Below are positions 52,928 through 62,702 of a stretch of 64,000 nt of DNA, piece after piece; positions within the stretch are counted from its first letter, which is position 1; each line of letters opens with the position of its first letter. Where the stretch lies: the IMG/VR virus record IMGVR_UViG_3300045988_135716, positions 64,001 to 128,000 of that record; one strand, 5' to 3'. This DNA comes from a virus. A model generated the notes under the pieces. It had not been told where the DNA came from and did no database searches. It worked only from the letters and a program-made list of their open reading frames with translations. The translations under genes and the position numbers were made by a program.

Positions 52928-54091
52928 ATGGCAAAAGCAAGAAAAGCATCAGTAACACAAAGTAAATTAGGAATGATTTTATATGGAGAACAGTTTACAG
53001 GCAAATCTACAATGGCAATGCAGCTTGCATATTTTAAACGACCAGATGGTAAGCCATTTAGAGTATTATATCTCGATCCTGAAACTGGTTCAATTGATGA
53101 CTATCTTGGAGAACTAGAAGCAAATGGTGTAAATCTTGAGAATATTTATATTGTATATACACAATCTCTTGGTGAAGTAAGACAGTATATTGCAAAAGTA
53201 AAAAATGGTGAAGATTTTTATGAATTAGACGATGATGGAATGGAAACAGATAATGTAGTTCTTGATGCTGACGGAGAACCATTTAGAGCAGATGCAATTG
53301 TTGTAGATGGAACTACAATCCTTAATCTTACAGCAAAACAAGGACTTGTTGAATTTTCTAAGAAAAGAAATAAAGTTAAAGCAGATAAAGATGGACTTGT
53401 TGGAGATGCCAGACTGGTAAAAATTGAAGGTGCAGGAATGGAGCTGAAAGATTATCAGACAATTAATTTCAAAGGACAGGATTTAATCCTTGATCTTATG
53501 GCTTCTGGTGTTCATTATATTGTGACTGCTAGAGAAACAGATGAAAAGCAAACAATTAAACAGGCAGATGGAACAACAATGAGTGTTGTAACGGGCAAGA
53601 AAATTCCAGACGGATTTAAAGGTATGGCGTATAATACTAAAACTGAAATTCGTATGTTTAGAAACGAAGATGGAACTGTATGCGCACATATCAAAAAAGA
53701 TAGAACCCATACACATGCAGATAATTCTATTGTAGAAGATCCAACATTACTTGATTGGCAGTCCGTAATTGATAAAACAGCAGATAAAAAATCATTTGTC
53801 GTTAAAAATGACTTAACAAAAGCAGTTGATGTAGAACAAGATATTTATAGCAAAGAAATTCTTGGAAAAGTTGGTGAACCAGATATGTCTGAATCAGACA
53901 ATAATGTATCTAGTTCAGTAAGCACTGATGTAGAAGTTCTTAAAAAAGAAATTATTGCTAGAAGAAATACACTTCCACCCACTGAAAAGAAAGCAATGAA
54001 AGAAAAACTTGAAGCAGCAGGTCTTCCTACAGCATACAAAAATGTTACTGATGTTGAGATTCTAAAAAAAGTATTAGAAATGTTTGAGTAA
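52928..54091 (+). CDS. AAA_24 / Sak4-like RecA-fold ATPase
   Basis: Walker A YGEQFTGKST and Walker B-like AIVVDGTT; N-terminal layout as in phage AAA_24 proteins. Confidence 0.65.
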   Translation: MAKARKASVTQSKLGMILYGEQFTGKSTMAMQLAYFKRPDGKPFRVLYLDPETGSIDDYLGELEANGVNLENIYIVYTQSLGEVRQYIAKVKNGEDFYELDDDGMETDNVVLDADGEPFRADAIVVDGTTILNLTAKQGLVEFSKKRNKVKADKDGLVGDARLVKIEGAGMELKDYQTINFKGQDLILDLMASGVHYIVTARETDEKQTIKQADGTTMSVVTGKKIPDGFKGMAYNTKTEIRMFRNEDGTVCAHIKKDRTHTHADNSIVEDPTLLDWQSVIDKTADKKSFVVKNDLTKAVDVEQDIYSKEILGKVGEPDMSESDNNVSSSVSTDVEVLKKEIIARRNTLPPTEKKAMKEKLEAAGLPTAYKNVTDVEILKKVLEMFE

Positions 54092-54103
54092 TTAAAAAAT
54101 ATT

Positions 54104-54132
54104 CACTACCTGGTTATATTAACTGGGTAGTG
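54104..54132 (+). terminator. possible weak intrinsic terminator
   Basis: CACTACC (54104-54110) pairs with GGTAGTG (54126-54132), followed by TTT only. Confidence 0.3.
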
Positions 54133-54146
54133 TTTGAAGGTATTAT

Positions 54147-55031
54147 ATGAGAGCTAATTATAAAGATGTTATAAAAAAAAGAGCACCAAAATGTTTTTGT
54201 TGCAGAGAACAATTTGAACTTCATAGAGGACACAATGATGATAGTATTTTATTTTTCGACAATCATTTTTTTCATAAAAAATGTTTTGTTGAAAAGAATA
54301 AAATTGTTAGATTATGTCATGAATGTAAACAAGAAATAGAATTAATTGAAAATAGTGATAATATTGTCCGTTACGATGGAAGATTTTATCATAAAGATTG
54401 TTTTATACAATGGTGTAATGGAACAAAGCACCGTAGTCAAAAAAGACAATTTGCTCTAAAAAATATTGATGAATATGTAAAAAATGCAAATTCTGAAATA
54501 GATATACTATTAAAACAAAAGTATATTGACAGTAAGCATTTAGATAAATTAGCGAATAGAGCGTGTGAAAAAATTCAGCAAATATTTGATGAAACGGATT
54601 TAAATGCATTTTTACGAGAAGAATATGGTTCAAATATCTTGGGTAGTAAGAGTACATTCTGGGTGAACTATCTTGCTCCAATTTTAAAAGGAACACAAAA
54701 TAGCCAAATTATTATCCCAGCAAGTGATTTGTTATATATGTGGAAAAAAAAATTAGATTACTTACACAAACAAAATGAAAGACTTAAATCAAAACACCCA
54801 GATCAAATATTTCAACCAATACATATTGCATCATATGATTTGGCAATTCTTGTAAATAAATATGATAGTTATTTACGTTGGAAAGAAAAACAAAAAATAC
54901 TTGAATCTGAAAAAGAAATAGAGAAATCACAAAATATTGTTAGTAAATCAATCGGTTATACAAATGTAGAAAAAGGCAATTCTAATAATACAGATAATAT
55001 TTCAGATTTAGTGGATGATATTTTTGGATAA
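54147..55031 (+). CDS. zinc-finger protein of the replication module
   Basis: Two repeats of the C..C...(F/Y)HK.CF type (CFCCRE...FFHKKCF; CHECKQ...FYHKDCF). Confidence 0.65.
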   Translation: MRANYKDVIKKRAPKCFCCREQFELHRGHNDDSILFFDNHFFHKKCFVEKNKIVRLCHECKQEIELIENSDNIVRYDGRFYHKDCFIQWCNGTKHRSQKRQFALKNIDEYVKNANSEIDILLKQKYIDSKHLDKLANRACEKIQQIFDETDLNAFLREEYGSNILGSKSTFWVNYLAPILKGTQNSQIIIPASDLLYMWKKKLDYLHKQNERLKSKHPDQIFQPIHIASYDLAILVNKYDSYLRWKEKQKILESEKEIEKSQNIVSKSIGYTNVEKGNSNNTDNISDLVDDIFG

Positions 55032-55043
55032 GGAGTTAGCATA

Positions 55044-56594
55044 TTGGAAAATGAACATGAGTTAAGAGATTGTAATATTCAGAGTGAAATATGTTTCGTT
55101 GGTGCGCTTCTTCGTTCTCCAGACTTAGTTGTAAACTATAGTAATTTTATGAGAAGCAAATATGATTTCTCGGATCAAGCAACAAAGTTTTTCTATGATA
55201 GCTTTGAAACATATTATCTTACATTTTCGCAAACTGTAGACGAAACAAAAATGAATGTTTTTATGAGTCAAAATGAGGAAAGACTAAAACTTTATAAACA
55301 ATATAAAGGTTGGAAAACACTTCAACGTTATATGACTCTTGCAGATGAAAATGATGTAAAAAATTATTTTGATACTGTAAAGAAATATTCATTAGTAAGA
55401 GAATATGGAAGAAATGGATTTCCAGTTGAAAAAATATTATCTCATAAAAACTTTGATAAAATGTCTCCGAATGACATTTATAGAATTATCCGCACAAAAG
55501 CAGATAAAATAAATACAGTAATTAATGCTGGTGAAGAAGCAGTAGAACTTACTGATAAAAACTCATCTCAAATTGATAAATATCTTGAAAAACCAAATTT
55601 CGGTTTACCTTTCCCTTGGTATATGTATAATGAATATTTTCTTGGTCTTAGAGAAACAAAAGTATTATTTGAAGGATTTCTTTCAAATGAGGGTAAAACC
55701 AGAAAGCTTGTGTTACTAGCGGCATATGTTGCGCTTGTTCAAAATGAAAATTTCTTTCTTATGAGCAACGAAATGGACGAAGAAGATCTTAGAAGTTGTT
55801 TGATTACGACTGTTATCAATAATAAAGAATTTCAAGATTTACATGGTGTATACATAAATAAGCCAGAAAAAGAAATTGTATTAGGTGTTTACCATGATAA
55901 AAAAGGTAACATTTTACGAAGAAAAATTGATGATAGTGGTGTATACATAGAAAGTAATGAAGATTATATTCAAAGAATTAAAGATACATCAGAAGAATAC
56001 TGGAATGTAAAAAAAATTACAGACTGGATTGATTCTCATGAAAAAGGTAAGGTCATGTTCAAAGATGTTGGAGATGATTATAGTCCTGAAAGAATTGAAT
56101 TTGAATTGCGAAAAGCAAAAATGGTTCAGAATATCAAATACTATGGATATGATACCCTTAAAGGTTATAACACTGATGATTGGTCACAAATTAAGCAGTT
56201 TGCAACAAAACTCAAAGAACTTACAAAAGAGCTTCGTATGAGTGGATTTGCTGTATTTCAGCTTAGTGACGATACAGTATTTACTGATATTTTTAGCTTG
56301 AGTAGTAATAATATTGCAAATGCAAAACAGATCAAGCACGTTGCAGATATTTTAAATATTGGTAAAAAACTTTCAAAGGAAGAATATCACAAATATCAAG
56401 TTGTTTTAGAAGTTGATTCTTGGGGTGAACCAATTACAGAAGACTTAGACCTAAGTAAACAGTATTTTTGTATTAAGGTGGATAAAAACAGAGCAGGTAG
56501 TAAAGACAAGATTATGTTATTTGAAATTAATCTAAACTTTAATACTTGGGTAAATATAGGATATATCATAAAGAAACAGAGAAATAATGATTAG
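55044..56594 (+). CDS. dnaB: DnaB-like replicative DNA helicase
   Basis: The DnaB N-terminal-like SEICFVGALLRSPDLV (compare EqavLGalLldp), the RecA-like C-terminal half with SNEGKTRK, and the position directly upstream of the primase. TTG start 8 nt after GGAG. Confidence 0.65.
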   Translation: MENEHELRDCNIQSEICFVGALLRSPDLVVNYSNFMRSKYDFSDQATKFFYDSFETYYLTFSQTVDETKMNVFMSQNEERLKLYKQYKGWKTLQRYMTLADENDVKNYFDTVKKYSLVREYGRNGFPVEKILSHKNFDKMSPNDIYRIIRTKADKINTVINAGEEAVELTDKNSSQIDKYLEKPNFGLPFPWYMYNEYFLGLRETKVLFEGFLSNEGKTRKLVLLAAYVALVQNENFFLMSNEMDEEDLRSCLITTVINNKEFQDLHGVYINKPEKEIVLGVYHDKKGNILRRKIDDSGVYIESNEDYIQRIKDTSEEYWNVKKITDWIDSHEKGKVMFKDVGDDYSPERIEFELRKAKMVQNIKYYGYDTLKGYNTDDWSQIKQFATKLKELTKELRMSGFAVFQLSDDTVFTDIFSLSSNNIANAKQIKHVADILNIGKKLSKEEYHKYQVVLEVDSWGEPITEDLDLSKQYFCIKVDKNRAGSKDKIMLFEINLNFNTWVNIGYIIKKQRNND

Positions 56595-57638
56595 TTGGAG
56601 GGTGGCAGCTTGGATGTACGAGAATTAAAAAATTATATATTTGAAAATAATTATTCGGAGCAAATATTGGAATCTCTTGGTTGCCACCATATCAAGTATC
56701 ATTCAGCAGGAGCATATTGGACAGCGGGCAATCCAGACGGAGATAATAAAGGTGCAATTATTCTATACAATAATGAATCACTTATTTGCTTAAATAAAAC
56801 ACGACAAATGATTAAGGTTAATAGGCAAACAGATTTAATTGATTTAGTTTGCTATGTTAAGAATCTTACATTTCCAGAAGGATTAAAAGAAATATGTTCA
56901 GAAATAGGTATGTCTTATTATCATGATTTTAATGAAGATGTACCAGATAGTTTTAAAATACTGAAAATGTTAGAAGATATGGATTCTAGTATATCAGAAG
57001 AAAGAGAAAAACCATTAGCCCCAATTTCAGAAGATATTCTTTTATATTATAAACCATATGTAAATGATTTATTTTATGAAGATCACATAGATTACCAAAC
57101 TCAAAAAGAATTTGAAATTGGATTTGATGAAGAAAGTAATAGATATACAGTTCCAATTCGTTCAGAGATTGGGGATTTAGTTGGAGTTAAAGCAAGATAC
57201 TTTGATAGAAAAGTTCCTGATGGAATGAATAAATACATTTATTTAGAACCATGTGCAAAATCAAAAATTATATATGGATTGAATAAAACACTTCCATATA
57301 TAAAAAGAACAGGACGTATTTATGTAGGAGAAGCAGAGAAGTTTGTTCTTGAGCTGTGGAGTCATGGAGTGAGAAATACAGGTGGTACAGGTGGAAAAGA
57401 ATTATCTCAATATCAAATAGATATGTTAATACGGCTTGGAGTAGAAGTTATATTTTGTTTTGATGAAGATGTAACAAAAGAAGAACTTGAATTATTAGCA
57501 GAAAGGTTCCCGAATGGTATGCCTTTGTACTATATGTTTGATGAAGAAAAAAAACTTTTACATGAGCATGAATCACCGTCTGATAATCCTGAAATTTGGG
57601 ACTATATGGTAGAACATAATATATATAAACTTAGATAA
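56595..57638 (+). CDS. dnaG: TOPRIM-domain DNA primase
   Basis: TOPRIM signature YVGEAEKF...VIFCFDEDV. The start is ambiguous (TTG 56595, or TTG 56610 which is 8 nt after GGAGG). Confidence 0.7.
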   Translation: MEGGSLDVRELKNYIFENNYSEQILESLGCHHIKYHSAGAYWTAGNPDGDNKGAIILYNNESLICLNKTRQMIKVNRQTDLIDLVCYVKNLTFPEGLKEICSEIGMSYYHDFNEDVPDSFKILKMLEDMDSSISEEREKPLAPISEDILLYYKPYVNDLFYEDHIDYQTQKEFEIGFDEESNRYTVPIRSEIGDLVGVKARYFDRKVPDGMNKYIYLEPCAKSKIIYGLNKTLPYIKRTGRIYVGEAEKFVLELWSHGVRNTGGTGGKELSQYQIDMLIRLGVEVIFCFDEDVTKEELELLAERFPNGMPLYYMFDEEKKLLHEHESPSDNPEIWDYMVEHNIYKLR

Positions 57639-57650
57639 GAGGGTGTATAT

Positions 57651-59423
57651 TTGAAATATAGATTGTACGAAAACAGTAAAAATGATACTTCTAATGTATT
57701 AAAAGAAGTTTTAAAAAACAGAGGAATTGACAATTACTATGAATATTTAAATTTAAAAAGTGATGTAGTTATTCCGTATTCCAGGTTAGACAATATAGAC
57801 AAAGCAGTTAATTTATTTATGAAACATTTTGAAAATAGAAATAAAATAGAGATATTAGTTGACTCTGATCCAGATGGTTATTGTTCCGCTGCAATGATAT
57901 ATTCATACATAAAACAATTGGATAATAGTTATCCAGTGGGATATATATTACACACAAGGGCAAAATCTCATGTGCTTGATGATGATGTTGCAGTTTCAGA
58001 AGATACAAAATTACTTATTATTCCAGATGCAGGAACAAATGACGTAATACAATGTAAGACTTTAAATGAAAATGGGATTGATATTTTAATCCTTGATCAC
58101 CATGAATCAGAAGAAAAAAATCCATACGCATTAATTGTAAACAATCAGATGAGTGCTAATTATACTAATAAGAGTTTTTGCGGAGCAGGTATTGTTTATA
58201 AATTTTTACAAGCATTAGATTCTGAAACTTGGAATGAATTTGCTGATGATTATTTGGATTTATGTGCTTTAGCAAATATTAGTGATGTTATGGATATGAG
58301 GTCATTTGAAACACGATACTTAACAGATGTGGGACTGTCAAATATTACAAACAAATGTTTTCAGTCACTTATTAAATCACAAGATTATAGTATAAATGAC
58401 AAAATCAATATTCACAATATTCAGTGGTATATTACACCAATTCTAAATGGAATGATTCGCATTGGTTCATTCAAAGACAAAGAACTATTATTTAAAGCAT
58501 TTATCGAGCAAGATGAAGTCTTTGAATATAAGAAACGTGCTACAAAAAATAAACCTATGGAGACTATTCAAGAGAATATTTACGATAGGGCTGCAAGGTT
58601 ATGTAAAAATGCAAAGTCAAGACAAGACAAATTAAAAGAAAAAGGTGTAAAAATTATCTCCGAAATTGCAAGCCAATTACCAGATACAGATAAAGTAATT
58701 ATGCTTGATACAACAGAATATCTTGACGGTGGGCTAACTGGTGTAACTGCTATTAAAATTGCAGAACAATATAATAAACCATGTATTTTGCTAAAAAAAT
58801 ATTATGATAAAAAAACAAATAGTACGGTATATGGTGGAAGTGCAAGAAACGTAAACCATAGTCCTATTGATAGTTTTAAAGATATTGTTAATTCAACAGA
58901 AATTATTCACGGCAAAGGACATCCAAATGCGTTTGGTATAGTAGATTTGTCACTAGATAATATTGAAAACGCCTTGAAGCAGCTAAATACACTTCTTAAA
59001 GATATTGAATATGATTCTACATATAAAGTTGATTTTATCTTAGACATAAATCATGTCACAATTCCATTAATTATAGAATTATCAAAATTTGAAAATATTG
59101 TTGGTCAAGGAATTGAAGAACCGATAATTGCGGTAGAGAATATTTCATTAACAAGAAATAGTTTTGAAGTATTTGGCAAAAATGAAGATACAATAAGCTT
59201 TATGATTAATGGTATAAAATATATTCAGTTTAAATGTAAAGAAGGAAATAGATTATATGATTTTTTACAAAATGCATGGGACAACAATGATGTAATTTTC
59301 TTTACAATAGTTGGAAAACCAACAATTAATGAATATAACGGTATTAGAACACCACAAATTATTATCGAAGATGTAAATGTAATTGATACAATTAGTCAAG
59401 ATGATAGTGGTGATGACTGGTAG
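57651..59423 (+). CDS. DHH/DHHA1 phosphoesterase, RecJ-like single-strand exonuclease
   Basis: DHH motifs VDSDPDGYCS, IIPDAGTND and ILDHHES; DHHA1-like GGSARN...GKGHPNAFG. Confidence 0.8.
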   Translation: MKYRLYENSKNDTSNVLKEVLKNRGIDNYYEYLNLKSDVVIPYSRLDNIDKAVNLFMKHFENRNKIEILVDSDPDGYCSAAMIYSYIKQLDNSYPVGYILHTRAKSHVLDDDVAVSEDTKLLIIPDAGTNDVIQCKTLNENGIDILILDHHESEEKNPYALIVNNQMSANYTNKSFCGAGIVYKFLQALDSETWNEFADDYLDLCALANISDVMDMRSFETRYLTDVGLSNITNKCFQSLIKSQDYSINDKINIHNIQWYITPILNGMIRIGSFKDKELLFKAFIEQDEVFEYKKRATKNKPMETIQENIYDRAARLCKNAKSRQDKLKEKGVKIISEIASQLPDTDKVIMLDTTEYLDGGLTGVTAIKIAEQYNKPCILLKKYYDKKTNSTVYGGSARNVNHSPIDSFKDIVNSTEIIHGKGHPNAFGIVDLSLDNIENALKQLNTLLKDIEYDSTYKVDFILDINHVTIPLIIELSKFENIVGQGIEEPIIAVENISLTRNSFEVFGKNEDTISFMINGIKYIQFKCKEGNRLYDFLQNAWDNNDVIFFTIVGKPTINEYNGIRTPQIIIEDVNVIDTISQDDSGDDW

Positions 59424-59432
59424 GAGAAAAAT

Positions 59433-62400
59433 ATGTATAGTGCATTACACAATCATGATTATTATTCACTTCTTGATGGATATGGAAGTCCAAAGGAAAT
59501 GCTTGATAGAGCAAAAGAAATAGGATTAAAAGCATATGCAATTACAAATCATGGAAATGCTTATGCATTCATTTACTATGATCTTATTAAAAAAGAATAT
59601 CCTGATATTAAGATGATTTATGGATGTGAGTTATATGAATGCGAAGACATTACAATTAAAAACAAAGAAAGTAAATATTTTCATTTAATTTGTCTTATTA
59701 GAAATGAACAGGGAAGAAAAGATTTAAATAAAGTTATTACAAAAAGTAATTTTGAAGGATTTTACTTCAAGCCAAGATGTGCAATTGAAGATTTAAAGCC
59801 TTATGCAGAAAATTTTGTTATTTCATCTGCTTGTTTAGCAAGTAAATTAGCAAGAGAATCAGATTTTAAAAAGTGTATTGAATATGTGAATGAATATAAA
59901 TCTATTTTCCCACATTTCTATCTTGAGATGCAATCTCATAGTCATCAGGATCAGTGTTTATATAACCAAAAAATCTTAGAATTATCAAAAATCACAAATA
60001 CCCCATTTATTATTACAACTGATAGTCATGCTCCAAGAAAAGAAGATTTATATTATCAGGATAAACTTATCCAAATTGGTAGAAAAAGTACAAATAATGA
60101 TAAAAATGCTATTGAAAATAGCGAAATCTATGAAGGTTGTTATATACAGACCGAAGAAGAAATTCATGAATGTATGGATGATCAAATCGGGTATGAAAAT
60201 GTTTGCATTGGATTAGAAAATACAAATAAGGTGGCAGATTTAATTGAAGAAGTTAATATGCCGTTTCAAAAACCTCAACTACCAACATTTCCGCTACCAG
60301 ACGGTTATAAGGACAATAATGAATTTTTATGGCATTTGATAAAACAAGGATGGAAAGATAGAGGATATGATAAGTTAGATAAAGAATCACAACAAATAAG
60401 AAAGAACAGGCTTAACTATGAAATGAGTGTTATTCATTCAATGGGATTTGACGGATATTTCTTGTTTGTGTGGGATTTTATCAAAGCTGCTGAAAATTTA
60501 GGAATTGAAGTTGGCAAAGGTAGGGGTAGTGCCGCAGGCTCACTTGTATGTTATTGCTGTCATATTACAGATATTGATCCTATTAAATATGGATTAATTT
60601 TTGAGCGTTTCTTAAATCCAGAACGTGTCGGACTTCCAGATATAGATACAGATGTTGGTGATAGGGACGCAATTATCAAATATCTTGTAGATAAATATGG
60701 AGAAGATAGAGTATGTCAGATTATCAACTATTCATATATTACTCCAACAGTAGCCATTACTGATGTAGGCAAAATTCTTGGATTCCCATATAACCAGATG
60801 CAAAAACTTTCTCAAAAATTTACATCTGATAAATGGGACGAATGCATGAAAACAAATCCTAAATTGCTTATAGATAATCCACAATATGCAGAACTGTTTG
60901 ATATTGCGAAACATTTAAGTGGTCGTGTAAAAACAGTATCTATTCATGCTGGTGGTATTGGTATTGTTGATACATCTGTTAACGACTATATGCCAATGAA
61001 AATTGGTACAAATGGTGAGCATGTAATCCAAGCAGATAAACACTATATTGAAGATATAGGTATTGTAAAATTTGACCTTTTAGGCGTAGCAACTCTTAAT
61101 CTTGTGAAAGAGATTAAAGATGACTTACATTTAAATCCTTGGGACTATGATATTAACAATCCTGCGTTTGAAAATGATCGACTAACATATGAACTTCTAG
61201 CAAGTGGTAAAACAAATGGAGTATTCCAGGTTGAATCAGCAGGAATGAAAGACTTGCTTATTAGGTTAAAACCAAAATTAGAACAATTAGACTTTGAAGT
61301 TATTTCTGTTATTTTAGCACTGTATAGACCAGATAGTATGGGCGCACTTGATGAATATGTTGAGATGGCTACAGGAGGAAGTAGACCACCATCAATTCAT
61401 CCTGATATGGACGAAATTCTTAAAGATACAAATTACTGTATGATTTATCAGGAGCAATTACTTGATATTGTAAAAAAGTTTGGTGGAAGAACATATGGTG
61501 GTGCGGATTTGTTCCGTAAGGCAATTGGAAAGAAGATTGTAGAATTAGTTAAAAAAGAGTCTGAAATTCTTAGAAATGAAATAGTTGACAATGGCTATTC
61601 AAAAGAAATTGCTAATAAAATTGCAGATGAACTTTCTTCTAAAGGAGGTTATCTTTTCAACAAAAGTCATTCATATAGCTATGCGGTACTTTGTTTTGAA
61701 ACTGCATGGTTCAAAGCTCACTATCCTACATATTTTTTCAAGGCATTATTTAACCAAAACAAAGATAAAGCAGGCGCAATCAACAAATATATTCTTGATG
61801 CAAAATATTTTAAAGTAAGTGTTAAACCACCGAATATAAATCATTCTGGTATGAATTTTACAGTAGATAATGGACAAGTATTATTTGGGTTATCTGCAAT
61901 TAGTGGCATTGGAGAATCACTTTCTAAGCAGATCATTGAAGAAAGAGAGAATAATGGTATATATAAATCATTTAATGATTTGGTAACAAGACTTTCTTTA
62001 GGCAAAGCTTCTGTTATTGCGTTAATTAAATCTGGTGCGATTCCATGTAAAAATAAAAAAGAAAAACTTGTATCATATTTAAAATCACAATATCAACCAC
62101 TTAAATTTTCAGAAGTACAATCTTTACCTACATATAAAAAACTTGAAGAAGATTGGGGAATTAATTTACAAGACTATATTATTTCTACATCTGGAAAAAG
62201 AATAGTATACGATAAAGATGCGTTACTTATTAAATATAACAAGTTAAAAAAAGAACAATTTAATGATAGTCAGGAAATTAGATTTCAAAAATATATTGAT
62301 GAGAATAAGAAATATCTTGAAGATGAACAGTTTTGGGAATTTCAGACATTGCAAGTCTTTATTAATGACAATCCATTTGATGCAGCGTATAAATTTTTGA

Positions 62401-62702
62401 CACCATTTGAAGATATTATTGATGGAGAGAAATGTACATTAGTTGGTATTATTGCAAAAGTGCAAAAAAAGAAAGACAAAAATGGTAAACAATTTGCATA
62501 TATCAATATATATTCAAGTTTTGGGCTAGTAGAAGGAATTGTTTGGCATAATCAATTAAAAGAATATGAAGATATTGTAAAAAAAGGACAACAGGTGGCG
62601 ATTCTTTGTAAGAAAGATAGTGAAGAAAAAGTAGTTGTAGAGAAATTAAAACCATACAACAAATGGTTAGAATATGTGAGAAAACAAGGGGTGAAAGTAT
62701 AA
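59433..62702 (+). CDS. dnaE: DNA polymerase III alpha subunit (DnaE type)
   Basis: PHP domain LHNHDYYSLLDGYGSP and HGNAY. Palm/fingers motifs GKGRGSAAGSLVCYCCHITDIDP, PDIDTDV, IHAGG and KFDLLG. 1089 aa. Confidence 0.92.
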   Translation: MYSALHNHDYYSLLDGYGSPKEMLDRAKEIGLKAYAITNHGNAYAFIYYDLIKKEYPDIKMIYGCELYECEDITIKNKESKYFHLICLIRNEQGRKDLNKVITKSNFEGFYFKPRCAIEDLKPYAENFVISSACLASKLARESDFKKCIEYVNEYKSIFPHFYLEMQSHSHQDQCLYNQKILELSKITNTPFIITTDSHAPRKEDLYYQDKLIQIGRKSTNNDKNAIENSEIYEGCYIQTEEEIHECMDDQIGYENVCIGLENTNKVADLIEEVNMPFQKPQLPTFPLPDGYKDNNEFLWHLIKQGWKDRGYDKLDKESQQIRKNRLNYEMSVIHSMGFDGYFLFVWDFIKAAENLGIEVGKGRGSAAGSLVCYCCHITDIDPIKYGLIFERFLNPERVGLPDIDTDVGDRDAIIKYLVDKYGEDRVCQIINYSYITPTVAITDVGKILGFPYNQMQKLSQKFTSDKWDECMKTNPKLLIDNPQYAELFDIAKHLSGRVKTVSIHAGGIGIVDTSVNDYMPMKIGTNGEHVIQADKHYIEDIGIVKFDLLGVATLNLVKEIKDDLHLNPWDYDINNPAFENDRLTYELLASGKTNGVFQVESAGMKDLLIRLKPKLEQLDFEVISVILALYRPDSMGALDEYVEMATGGSRPPSIHPDMDEILKDTNYCMIYQEQLLDIVKKFGGRTYGGADLFRKAIGKKIVELVKKESEILRNEIVDNGYSKEIANKIADELSSKGGYLFNKSHSYSYAVLCFETAWFKAHYPTYFFKALFNQNKDKAGAINKYILDAKYFKVSVKPPNINHSGMNFTVDNGQVLFGLSAISGIGESLSKQIIEERENNGIYKSFNDLVTRLSLGKASVIALIKSGAIPCKNKKEKLVSYLKSQYQPLKFSEVQSLPTYKKLEEDWGINLQDYIISTSGKRIVYDKDALLIKYNKLKKEQFNDSQEIRFQKYIDENKKYLEDEQFWEFQTLQVFINDNPFDAAYKFLTPFEDIIDGEKCTLVGIIAKVQKKKDKNGKQFAYINIYSSFGLVEGIVWHNQLKEYEDIVKKGQQVAILCKKDSEEKVVVEKLKPYNKWLEYVRKQGVKV